41,624 nucleotides of DNA from positions 1 to 41,624 of the forward strand of contig JAISEQ010000352.1 in NCBI GenBank assembly GCA_031264045.1. The letters are read 5' to 3'. Of the stretch, positions 1 to 8,777 are shown piece after piece. A program made the translations under genes and the position numbers. This stretch comes from Deltaproteobacteria bacterium. GTDB taxonomy: Bacteria > Desulfobacterota > Desulfarculia > Adiutricales > Adiutricaceae. Position 1 is the stretch's first letter, and every line of letters starts with the position of its first letter. The notes under the pieces are model-generated. The model worked only from the letters and a program-made list of their open reading frames with translations, was not told where the DNA came from and ran no database searches.

Positions 1-9
1 CAGGCACAC

Positions 10-783
10 ATGGGAATCCATCCGACCGCAATAGTCGACCCCACCGCGCAGATAGGCTCCGGCGTCACGGTGGGGCCCTACACACTCGTGGGCCCCCGCG
101 TGGAGATCGGGGACGGCACCGAGGTAATGGGCCACGTCTCCATCGACAAGGACACCTCGATCGGGCGGGATTGCCGCGTGTTCCCCTTCGCGTCCCTGGG
201 CGCCGATCCCCAGGACATGAAGTACGCGGGGGAACGGACCAGGCTGGTCCTGGGCGACCGCGTAACCGTCAGGGAGTCCGCCACCGTGCACCGGGGCACC
301 GAGCACGGGGGGGGGGTCACGAGGATAGGCAACGATGTCCTCATAATGGCCACGGTCCACGTGGCCCACGACTGCCAGCTGGCGGACGAGGTGATACTCT
401 CCAGCTACGCGGTCCTCGCCGGCCACGTTTCCGTGGGGCTCCAGGCCATCGTGAGCGGTTCGTCCGCCATACACCAGTTCGTGCGCGTGGGGGACCACGC
501 CTTCGTGGGGGGCATGTCGGGAATAGTGAAGGACGTGCCTCCGTTCATGATAGTCGCGGGCATCCGCGACACCGTGGCGGTCACCCCCAACATAGTGGGA
601 CTCCGCCGCCGGAACTTCAGCCCGGAGGCGGTGGCCGCCATCTCGGGGGTTTTCAGGCTCCTCCACAACCACAAGCCCCTGGCCGGGGCGCTCGCCGAGG
701 CGGAGAGGCAGTTTCCGGACTCGGAGGAGGCCAGGGCCATCATAGCCTTCTACCGCTCCTCCGAGAGGGGGGTGTACCGTTGA
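10..783 (+). CDS. lpxA: UDP-N-acetylglucosamine O-acyltransferase (LpxA)
   Basis: 257-aa ORF. Hexapeptide left-handed beta-helix repeats run through it (IHPTAIVDPTAQIGSGVTVGPYTLVGPRVEIGDGTEV...). Typical LpxA length and C-terminal helical tail. It is followed by lpxI and lpxB. Confidence 0.92.
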   Translation: MGIHPTAIVDPTAQIGSGVTVGPYTLVGPRVEIGDGTEVMGHVSIDKDTSIGRDCRVFPFASLGADPQDMKYAGERTRLVLGDRVTVRESATVHRGTEHGGGVTRIGNDVLIMATVHVAHDCQLADEVILSSYAVLAGHVSVGLQAIVSGSSAIHQFVRVGDHAFVGGMSGIVKDVPPFMIVAGIRDTVAVTPNIVGLRRRNFSPEAVAAISGVFRLLHNHKPLAGALAEAERQFPDSEEARAIIAFYRSSERGVYR

Positions 784-1718
784 GCGGGACGGGCGGCGGC
801 GGGCGGGGAGACGCGGGAGCCGGAACCGGCGCGGGCGGGACGAAGCCGGAGTCCCCCGGCGGACGGAAGCCGGGCGGCCCCGTGGGCTTCATCGCCGGGA
901 ACCTCTCGCTTCCCGTGCTGGCCGCCAGGAAAGTCAAGGAGGAGGGCAGGTTCCTCGCGATCGCGGCCATAGAGGGCGAGGCCAGCGGCGAGCTTGCCGC
1001 CCTGGCCGACCGCTACACGGTCCTCTCCCTGGGCGAGCTCGCCCCCATGGCCGGCTTTTTCCTGGACGCGGGCGTCACGGACGTGTGCATGGCGGGAGGC
1101 GTGAGCCGCGAGAACATCATACGCAACTACCGTCCGGACGCGGAGGCCGTGAAGCTCATGGAGGGGCTCCCGAGCTTCCAGACCGACACGATACTCCGCG
1201 CGGTGGCGGGATGGCTCGAGGGGAGGGGCCTGAACCTGGTGTCCGTGACCGATCTCGTGCCCGAGATTCTCGTGCGTCCGGGAAGGCTCGGGGCCAGGGA
1301 GCCGTCGGGCGGGCTCCTGGAGGATCTGGAGTTCGCCTTCAGGATAGCCCGCGAGCTGGGGCGGCTCGACGTGGGGCAGACCGCCGTCGCCTGCGACAAG
1401 ATTGCCGTGGCCCTCGAGGGCGCCGACGGCACGGACGCCACCATACGGCGCGGGGCGTCCCTGTGCTCCAAGCCCGTGGCCGTGGCGAAGGTGCTGAAGC
1501 CCAGCCAGGACGCCCGCCTGGATCTCCCCGTCGTTGGCCCCCCCACGATAAGGCTCCTGGCCGAGGTGCGGGCCGGGGGACTGGTCCTGGACGCGAGGGG
1601 GCTCATACTTCTCGATGAGGAGGAGTGCGTGAGGCTCGCGGACGGGGCCGGGCTGTCCCTTCTCGCGTGGCTCGACCCCCCCGGCGGGGAGAAGGGCCCG
1701 GGCCATGGCCGAAGCTGA
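780..1718 (+). CDS. lpxI: UDP-2,3-diacylglucosamine pyrophosphatase LpxI (DUF1009 family)
   Basis: The C-terminal roughly 278 aa of ORF 171..1718 (GFIAGNLSLPVLAARKVKEEGR...GRLDVGQTAVACDKIAVALEGADGTDATIRRG) match the LpxI family, and it sits between lpxA and lpxB. Start taken as TTG 780, which has a GAGGGGGG Shine-Dalgarno 7 nt upstream and overlaps the lpxA stop. GTG 882 is an alternative start that would remove a 34-aa Gly-rich extension. Confidence 0.8.
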   Translation: MSGTGGGGRGDAGAGTGAGGTKPESPGGRKPGGPVGFIAGNLSLPVLAARKVKEEGRFLAIAAIEGEASGELAALADRYTVLSLGELAPMAGFFLDAGVTDVCMAGGVSRENIIRNYRPDAEAVKLMEGLPSFQTDTILRAVAGWLEGRGLNLVSVTDLVPEILVRPGRLGAREPSGGLLEDLEFAFRIARELGRLDVGQTAVACDKIAVALEGADGTDATIRRGASLCSKPVAVAKVLKPSQDARLDLPVVGPPTIRLLAEVRAGGLVLDARGLILLDEEECVRLADGAGLSLLAWLDPPGGEKGPGHGRS

Positions 1719-2865
1719 AATCAGGATCATGATCTCGGCCGGCGAGGAGTCGGGGGATCTGCACGGGGCGGCGCTCATCCGCGAGGCCGCGCGCCGCGGG
1801 CTCGCGGTGAGCTTCTTCGGGCTCGGGGGCGACCGCATGATGGAGGCGGGGTGCCGCCTCCTGGCGCATGCCCGGGAGACCGCCGTCATGGGCATCGCCG
1901 AGGTCCTGGGCCAGGCCCGCAGGCTCCTCGCGCTCAGGCGCAGGATAGCCGAGGCCGCGGTGGCCGAGCGCCCCGACGCGCTCGTGCTCATCGACAGCCC
2001 GGACTTCAACTTCCGCCTGGCCAGGAGGGCCTCCGAGGCGGGCATCCCCGTTGTCTACTACATCTGCCCGCAGATCTGGGCCTGGCGCCAGGGCAGGATA
2101 AGATTTCTGGCGAGGCACACCAGAAGGCGGCTCCTGATCCTGCCCTTCGAGGAGGAGTTCTACCGCTCGCGCGGCGTCACCGCCGACTTCGTGGGCCACC
2201 CGCTCCTGGACGAGATAGTCCCCCTCCCCCGCGCCGAGGCGCGGGCGGCGCTCGGGCTGCCGGACGGCCCGCTCCTCGCGCTTCTCCCCGGAAGCCGCAG
2301 GGGGGTCTTCGCGCGGCTCGCGCCGGTGATGCTCGAGGCCGCGGCGGTCCTTGCCGGGGCGCGTCCCGGACTCCGGGTCTGCGTGGCGCTGGCCCCGACC
2401 CTTCCTCCCGAACTTGCCGAAAGGCACCTCTCCGCCGCCCCGGGGATCCTGCGCGGACGGCTCGACTCCGTGACCGGCCGCTCCCAGACGGTCCTGAACG
2501 CCGCATCGGCGGCCCTCATCGCCTCCGGGACGTCCGCCGCCGAGGCCGCGGTGCTCGGGACGCCCGCGGTGGTGTGCTACAGGACGAGCCCGGCAAGCTA
2601 CCTCGTGGCGAAGCTGCTCGTCAAGACCGGCTTCATCTCCATCCCCAACCTGGTGCTCGGCCGCGCGATCCTCCCCGAGCTCGTGCAGGGCGGCGCCACC
2701 CCCGGAAACATCTCGGCGGCGGCCGCCCCCTTCCTGGACGGCGGCCCCGAACTGGAGGCGGCGGAGTCCGGCCTGCGGGAGGTCACGCGCGCCCTGGGAG
2801 GCCCCGGGGCCTCCGCGCGGGCCCTGGACATCGTGCTCCGGGAGGCGGGGGCCGGGGCGCGATGA
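1705..2865 (+). CDS. lpxB: lipid-A-disaccharide synthase (LpxB)
   Basis: 386-aa ORF with LpxB hallmarks (IMISAGEESGDLHGAALI, DSPDFNFRLA, YYICPQIWAWRQGR, FVGHPLLDE). Overlaps the lpxI stop by 14 nt. Confidence 0.92.
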   Translation: MAEAEIRIMISAGEESGDLHGAALIREAARRGLAVSFFGLGGDRMMEAGCRLLAHARETAVMGIAEVLGQARRLLALRRRIAEAAVAERPDALVLIDSPDFNFRLARRASEAGIPVVYYICPQIWAWRQGRIRFLARHTRRRLLILPFEEEFYRSRGVTADFVGHPLLDEIVPLPRAEARAALGLPDGPLLALLPGSRRGVFARLAPVMLEAAAVLAGARPGLRVCVALAPTLPPELAERHLSAAPGILRGRLDSVTGRSQTVLNAASAALIASGTSAAEAAVLGTPAVVCYRTSPASYLVAKLLVKTGFISIPNLVLGRAILPELVQGGATPGNISAAAAPFLDGGPELEAAESGLREVTRALGGPGASARALDIVLREAGAGAR

Positions 2866-4949
2866 GCGTAAGGGACGGCGGCACGGGGGCGGCGCCCCCG
2901 GACGGAACAGGGAACGGCGCGGGCGCTCCGGACGCCCCTCCGGGAACCGGCGCGGCTCCGGGTCCGGCGGCCCCGCGCGGAAGCGGCGGGGCTTCCCGGG
3001 CCTGCGGAGCTTCCGCGGATCCGGATACCGCGCTCGCCGCGGACGCGGCGCCTGGCGATCCCTCTGCCGTACCGCCCGATCCGGCCCCGCCTCCCGATGC
3101 CGGTTCCCCGCGCGCGGAACCGGTTTCCGAAAAAATAGGCCGTCCCCCGCTCCGCACGAGGCTTCTAGGACCGGACGGCGCCGACGCGAAGCGCCTGGCG
3201 AAGCTCCTGCGCCCGCATCTCATGACCTTCTTCCTCGCCGTGCTGTCCATGGGATTCGCGGCGCTCTCCACCGCCGGCATGGCCTGGCTCATAAAGCCTC
3301 TCCTGGACCAGGTCTTCTTCGAGCAGGACCTGTCGCTGCTGAACAGCCTGACGCTCCTGACGCTCGCCGTGTACTCGTCCGCCGGAGTGTTTTCCTTCTT
3401 CCAGTCCTATTTCATGAACAAGATCGGATATACCGTCGTAAACGATCTGAGGGTGAGCCTGTACTCGCACATAGAGACCCAGTCCCTCGTCTTCTTCCAC
3501 AGGCACCCGTCCGGCGAGCTCATCGGAAGAATCGTGAACGACGTGTCCCTCATACAGGCCTCCGTCACCCAGGTGGTGACCGGGCTCGTGCTGGACGCCT
3601 GCAAGGTGGCGGGGCTCCTGTTCGTCCTCGTTTCGAGGGAGCCGGTGCTCGCCCTCTTCGGCATAATCGCCCTGCCGCTCGCCGTCTACCCGATCGTGCG
3701 CTTCGGGAAGCGCCTGAGGCGCCTGGCCACGGGAAGCCAGCTCATCATGGGGAGGCTCATAGCGGTGCTCACGGAGACGCTCCAGGGCGTCCGCGCGGTG
3801 CAGTCCAACAACATGGCTGACTACGAGATCGCGCGGTTCTCGGACGAGTGCAAGAGGAGCGTCGACAACCTCATGCGGGCCGTGACCGTGAAAAGCCTGT
3901 CCTCGTCGGTCATGGAGATAGTGGGCGGCGTCTGCGTGGCGCTGGTCATCTGGCACGGCGGCCGCTCGGTAATAAGCGGAGCGTCCACTCCCGGGACGTT
4001 CTTCTCGTTCATGACGGCGCTCCTGCTCCTCTACGAGCCGCTGAAGAGGCTCACCCGCCTCCACAACGAGGCCCAGCAGGGCCTCTCCGCCGCCAGGCGC
4101 ATATTCGAGGTGCTGGACACACCCCCCTCGGTGGCGAGCCCGGCGGATCCGGTGGAGCTCGACAGGCTCAGGGGCGAAATCGAGTTCAGGGACGTCACGT
4201 TCTGCTACGAGCCGGGCAAGCCGGCCCTCTCCTCCGTGAACCTCAAGATCGCCCAGGGCGGGATGCTGGCCCTCGTCGGGCCCTCGGGGGGCGGCAAGAC
4301 CACCCTGGCCAACCTCCTCCCGCGCTTCTACGATCCCAGCTCGGGGACGGTGCTCATAGACGGCGTGCCCGTGGACCGCATGGATCTGAGCTTCCTGCGC
4401 TCGCAGATAGCGCTGGTGAGCCAGGAGACCACGCTGTTCGACGCGTCCGCCAGGCACAACATCGCCTACGGCAGGCAGGACGCGACCGCCGAGGAGATAA
4501 GGGCCGCGGCGGACGCGGCCCTCGCCACCGGCTTCATAGAGGAGCTCCCCGGAGGCTTCGAGGGCGGCGTGGGCGAGATGGGCATGAAGCTCTCCGGCGG
4601 CCAGCGCCAGCGTCTGGCCGTGGCGAGGGCGATACTGAAGGACGCGCCGATCCTCGTGCTGGACGAGGCCACGAGCGCCCTGGACGCCGAGAGCGAGCGC
4701 TACGTGCAGGAGGCCCTGGACAACCTGACGCGGGGCCGCACCACCCTGGTCATAGCCCACAGGCTGTCCACGGTGCGCCGCGCCGACCGCATAGTGGTGG
4801 TGAAGGACGGCAGGATTGCCGAGGACGGGAACCACGAGAGCCTGCTCGCGCTGCGCGGCGAGTACTTCCGGCTCCACGAGACGCAGTTCAGGGACGGGCG
4901 CCAGGACGGCGCGGGCCGGGACGCCCCCGGCGGGGAGGGCGGCTCGTGA
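2862..4949 (+). CDS. msbA: ABC transporter permease/ATPase fusion, MsbA-like lipid A exporter
   Basis: ATG 2862 overlaps the lpxB stop (ATGA). Six-TM exporter domain followed by an NBD with Walker A GPSGGGKTT, signature LSGGQRQR and Walker B ILVLDEATSALD. The position after lpxB fits MsbA. The first roughly 105 aa are a Pro/Ala/Gly-rich low-complexity extension. Confidence 0.85.
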   Translation: MSVRDGGTGAAPPDGTGNGAGAPDAPPGTGAAPGPAAPRGSGGASRACGASADPDTALAADAAPGDPSAVPPDPAPPPDAGSPRAEPVSEKIGRPPLRTRLLGPDGADAKRLAKLLRPHLMTFFLAVLSMGFAALSTAGMAWLIKPLLDQVFFEQDLSLLNSLTLLTLAVYSSAGVFSFFQSYFMNKIGYTVVNDLRVSLYSHIETQSLVFFHRHPSGELIGRIVNDVSLIQASVTQVVTGLVLDACKVAGLLFVLVSREPVLALFGIIALPLAVYPIVRFGKRLRRLATGSQLIMGRLIAVLTETLQGVRAVQSNNMADYEIARFSDECKRSVDNLMRAVTVKSLSSSVMEIVGGVCVALVIWHGGRSVISGASTPGTFFSFMTALLLLYEPLKRLTRLHNEAQQGLSAARRIFEVLDTPPSVASPADPVELDRLRGEIEFRDVTFCYEPGKPALSSVNLKIAQGGMLALVGPSGGGKTTLANLLPRFYDPSSGTVLIDGVPVDRMDLSFLRSQIALVSQETTLFDASARHNIAYGRQDATAEEIRAAADAALATGFIEELPGGFEGGVGEMGMKLSGGQRQRLAVARAILKDAPILVLDEATSALDAESERYVQEALDNLTRGRTTLVIAHRLSTVRRADRIVVVKDGRIAEDGNHESLLALRGEYFRLHETQFRDGRQDGAGRDAPGGEGGS

Positions 4950-7504
4950 TAGTGGAATTCCTGGAGGACAACCTTTTCGTGGACGGATGGTCCCTGGGAC
5001 CCTGTCCCGGAGGCAAGCTGGAGGTCGTCGCCGCCTCCAGGACCGTGAAGCTCCAGCCGAAAAGGATCCTGGTCGCGGCCGAGACCCCCGACCCCGGCAC
5101 CGCCGACGGCAGGATGGCGCTCGTCGCGGCGGCCGACGCCGCCCGCGCCGGCCTCAGCGCCCGGGTGGACCTTGAGGTCATCTGGGGGCTCCTCGAAGAA
5201 GAGCAGGCCGCCGCCTTGAACCCCGAGGCTGGAGGGGCCGCCGCCCCGGACTCCCCCGGCGCCTCCGGCGCGGCTCCGGCAGGCGGCCAGGGCTCCCGGG
5301 ACCCCGGAGCCGGGGATTCCCCCGAGCCACGGCGGATGCCCTCCTCCTCAGACACCGCCTCGCGCTTCACCTTCGCGGCTCTGGCCGAACTCGAGTTCGG
5401 GCGCGGGCCCACCCCCGACCAGACCGCCGCGGTGATGCGGGCCGTCCACCGGGAAGGCCTGCATTTCAAGTTCACCCCCGAAGCCGCCCTGAAAAGGAGC
5501 GCCGAGGAGATAGGCCGCATCCTGGAGATCCGGGCCCGCGAGGCGCGCAGGGCCGAACTCCGCCGCGAGGGAATAGCCTGGCTGCGCCGGGCCCGCATCG
5601 CCTATTTCGGGGAAGGGAACCGGGACGCCGCCCTCCCCGCCCGCGTCCCGGACGGCCCGGACACGCCCGGGACGCCCGGCCCCGCCGGCTGCGGGACCCC
5701 GCCCGCCGCGTACGCGCCAGGCAACCCGGAAGCCTCCGGCTCCGCCGCTTCCCCGCGGGCTCCCTCCCCCGCCGTCCCAGGCGGGCCGGGCACCCCGGAA
5801 ACCCCCGAAACCCGGCAGACCGCCGAAGCCCCCGGAACCGCGCGGTCCCCCGCGCTTTCCGAGGCGGACGGAGCTGAAGGCGCCCGGGCCACCGAGCCGG
5901 CGGACGGCCCCGAATCCGCCCGTTCCCCGGAAATTCCGGAGGCGTCGGGCGCGGATCCCGCCGGCCGCCTCCCCCCCCCGCCCGACGACGGGGGAATCCT
6001 CGTGAAGTCCCTGACGGAGCTCGCACTGGCCGTCGAGGACCCGCCCCCGTCGCTCAGGAGCGCCGCGGAGGCCCTGGCCGAGGCCGGCTTCAGCGGGGAC
6101 CCCGCCGGGGCGGCCCGCGCCCTGGAGGCGGCGGGGATTTTCCGGCCGCACGAGAATCTGGAGCTGAGGCGCCTGGGCCTTCCGCTGGAGTTCCCGGAGG
6201 AGGCGCTGGAGGAGGCGGCCCGCCTGACCGAGTCCGGGAGATGGAGGGACGAGGACCGTCTGGATCTGACCGGGGAACTGGTGATCACGGTGGATTCCCC
6301 GGGAGCCATGGAGTTCGACGACGCCGTGAGCCTGAAGCCCGGCGCCGGGGGCGGCATGACCCTCGGCGTGCACATCGCCGACGCCGCGGCCTTCGTGAAG
6401 CCGGGTTCCGCCCTGGACAGGTTCGCGGCCGAACGGGGCGCCTCCATATATCTCCCTGAGGGCCGCCATCCGATGCTCCCGCTGAAGCTGACGGAAAACG
6501 CGCTGAGCCTCACCGCGAACGCGGAACGGCCCGCCTTCTCGATACTGGCGGAAATCGGCAGGGACGGCCAGGTGACGGACGCGGTGTTCCGTCCGAGCGT
6601 CGTGAAGGTGGCAAGGCACCTGACCTTCATCGAGGCGGACGAGATCCTGGAGGGCGGGGGGGACAGGGAGCTCGCGCCGTTCCTGGCGGAACTGGCGGAG
6701 CTCTCCCAGAGGTTCCTGAAGCTGAGGCTGGCCGCCGGGGGCCACCTCTTCAACATCCCCACCCAGCAGGTGACGATGAGCGCCGCGGGCGTCCCGGAGA
6801 CCGCGCTGGTCATGTGGGGCACCCCGTCCTGCGTGGCGGTGGGCGAGCTGATGATCCGGGCGAACCACCTGGCGGCCACTACCCTCAGGAACGCCGACTT
6901 CCCCTGCCCCTACCGCTACCAGCTTCTCATGAAGGGCTCCCAGTCGCCCCTGTCCTGCAAGTCCGAGAGGACGCCCAGGGAGCAGCTGGCCTACCACCTG
7001 GCCCTGAGAAGGCGCCTGGGCCGCACCGGGGTGAGCGCCGAGCCCTCCCGCCACAGGGGGCTGGGGCTGGACTGCTACACCTACTTCACGAGCCCCATGA
7101 GGCGCTACTTCGATCTCCTGGTCCACCGCCAGCTCCGGGCCCTCGCGGCCGGCGAGGGGCCCGCCTACGACGAGAAGGCGCTCCTGGGCGAGGCCTTCAA
7201 CGCCGACGGGGTCCTGCGGGCCATCCACAAGGTCCAGTCCGCCCGCACCCGCTACTGGATACTCTGGGAGCTCGCGAAGCTGGAGGGGGACACGCTCCCC
7301 GCCCTGTGCTTCGACCGCCAGGGCCGGAGGGTGAGGGTGTGCCTCACGGACTGGATGATGGAGACCGAGTCCATGAGCTTCCCGGATTCCGTGGAGCCGG
7401 GCCACGAGCTGTACGTGCGGCTCACGCGCGCGGACCCGGTCCGGAACGCCCTGGAGTGCTCCTTCGTGGCCAACCTCACGCTCGACTCTTCAATTCGCGT
7501 CTGA
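4946..7504 (+). CDS. RNB-domain exoribonuclease (RNase II/R family)
   Basis: GTG 4946 overlaps the msbA stop (GTGA). RNB catalytic motifs are present (ITVDSPGAMEFDDAVSL, GVHIADAAAFV, ASIYLPEGRHPMLP, YFTSPMRRYFDLLVHRQL). Two long low-complexity inserts lie N-terminal to the RNB domain. Confidence 0.82.
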   Translation: MIVEFLEDNLFVDGWSLGPCPGGKLEVVAASRTVKLQPKRILVAAETPDPGTADGRMALVAAADAARAGLSARVDLEVIWGLLEEEQAAALNPEAGGAAAPDSPGASGAAPAGGQGSRDPGAGDSPEPRRMPSSSDTASRFTFAALAELEFGRGPTPDQTAAVMRAVHREGLHFKFTPEAALKRSAEEIGRILEIRAREARRAELRREGIAWLRRARIAYFGEGNRDAALPARVPDGPDTPGTPGPAGCGTPPAAYAPGNPEASGSAASPRAPSPAVPGGPGTPETPETRQTAEAPGTARSPALSEADGAEGARATEPADGPESARSPEIPEASGADPAGRLPPPPDDGGILVKSLTELALAVEDPPPSLRSAAEALAEAGFSGDPAGAARALEAAGIFRPHENLELRRLGLPLEFPEEALEEAARLTESGRWRDEDRLDLTGELVITVDSPGAMEFDDAVSLKPGAGGGMTLGVHIADAAAFVKPGSALDRFAAERGASIYLPEGRHPMLPLKLTENALSLTANAERPAFSILAEIGRDGQVTDAVFRPSVVKVARHLTFIEADEILEGGGDRELAPFLAELAELSQRFLKLRLAAGGHLFNIPTQQVTMSAAGVPETALVMWGTPSCVAVGELMIRANHLAATTLRNADFPCPYRYQLLMKGSQSPLSCKSERTPREQLAYHLALRRRLGRTGVSAEPSRHRGLGLDCYTYFTSPMRRYFDLLVHRQLRALAAGEGPAYDEKALLGEAFNADGVLRAIHKVQSARTRYWILWELAKLEGDTLPALCFDRQGRRVRVCLTDWMMETESMSFPDSVEPGHELYVRLTRADPVRNALECSFVANLTLDSSIRV

Positions 7505-7946
7505 AACAATGTAACATGCGGCATGCGCCCGTACGCTTCTGCCGGACGCCCGACCCGAGACCGCAGGCCGCGCCCGGCCGAAGGCCGGGCGCGCGGCCCC
7601 CTGAACGGCCCGGAACCCCGCGCCCCGCGCGGGATCCGTCCCGGAAGCCCGGACGCGCTCCCCGAACCGGATCCGGAGCCCCGGCCCGTCCCCCGGACAC
7701 TGCGCCCGCCTCCGGCGCCCAGGGGAGGAGGATCCGGCCGGCACCGACGCCCCCGCCGACCTCCGGCCCGCAACCCGCCAGCCGCGCGGGCCCCGGAACG
7801 GCGGGCTCCTGCCCCGTGACCGGGTTCCCCGGGGCCGGGCCCGGGACGCCGGCCCCCCGCCCGGTTCCCCGCCCGGAGACCGCCGCTGGCCCGGGGATTT
7901 CCGTCGGAACTGAAGTCCCCGCCCGCCCTCTTCAAGGTGAGCCCCC

Positions 7947-8777
7947 TTGAGCGCCATAAGCCCTCCCCCGGCCATGAAGATCTTCCTCGCGGCCTACTCG
8001 GGGGACCCGGCGCTCACGGACAGGGCGGTGGAGGAGCTCTTCCGGGAGTTCAGGGGGGGGGTCCTGGGGACGCCGGACGTCCAGAGCCCCGACATGCCCA
8101 TGCCCTGCGAGAGCTACTACGCCCCGGAGATGGGCGCGGGGCTCCTGAAGAGGTACCTTTCGTCCCCGACCCGCCTGGAGCCGGGCGCCCTGGTGGACCT
8201 GAAGCTCCTGTCCATGGAGGTCGAGTCCAGGAGGCGGTTCCCCTCCGGCGGGAGGATGGTGAACCTGGACCCCGGCTACCTCTCCCTGGGGGGGCTCGTG
8301 CTCTCCACCGGCAAGTTCGCCGGCCACCGCCTCTGGCTGGGCCGGGGGATCTGGGGGGAGCTGACGCTCGCCTACCGGAACGGGGGCTTCAGGCCGCTCC
8401 CCTGGACCTACCTGGACTACCGGGACCCGACAGTGCTCCGGCACCTGACCGCCATGCGCCGTCTGCTGGTGGCTTCCCTCCGGGAGGACCGGAAGTCCGG
8501 GGACGGCACCGGACCCGGATCCGGGGAGGAACCCGCGGCCGGGAACGGGGCCGGCGCGGGATCCGGGGCCGGGACCCCCCCGCCCCCTTCCGGGGCCCGT
8601 GCCGGGCGGGCCGCGGCGCCCCCGGGCGGCGCGGACCCGGGCGCCGGGGACACGGACATGCCAGGATCTTCAGGCGGGGCACGGGCCCCGGCCGGAGCGG
8701 CCCGGAGCGCGGGCCCGCGCCCCGCGGCGCGGCAAGCGCTCGGGCAAGCCAACGACAGGACAGGACGGGACCGATGA
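7947..8777 (+). CDS. DUF4416 family protein with low-complexity C-terminal tail
   Basis: MKIFLAAYSGD...ESYYAPEMGAGLLKRY...VNLDPGYLSLGGLVLSTGKFAGHRLWLGRGIWGELTL...WTYLDYRD matches the DUF4416 pattern. TTG 7947 has an AAGGTGA Shine-Dalgarno 6 nt upstream; ATG 7974 is the alternative start. The last roughly 90 aa are Gly/Ala/Pro-rich. Confidence 0.7.
   Translation: MSAISPPPAMKIFLAAYSGDPALTDRAVEELFREFRGGVLGTPDVQSPDMPMPCESYYAPEMGAGLLKRYLSSPTRLEPGALVDLKLLSMEVESRRRFPSGGRMVNLDPGYLSLGGLVLSTGKFAGHRLWLGRGIWGELTLAYRNGGFRPLPWTYLDYRDPTVLRHLTAMRRLLVASLREDRKSGDGTGPGSGEEPAAGNGAGAGSGAGTPPPPSGARAGRAAAPPGGADPGAGDTDMPGSSGGARAPAGAARSAGPRPAARQALGQANDRTGRDR

Noticed and set aside
5348-7405. Very long ORFs antisense or out of frame to recognisable genes. 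Examples are 5348..7405(-) 685 aa, 3165..4877(-) 570 aa, 750..2045(-) 431 aa, 8417..9871(-) 484 aa and 27073..29316(-) 747 aa, plus the 5' parts of the + ORFs 171.., 1851.. and 3848...
   Set aside because: Their translations are Arg/Pro/Gly/Ala-rich with no domain signatures. They overlap genes with clear family motifs. Stop-poor shadow frames are expected in about 70% GC DNA.
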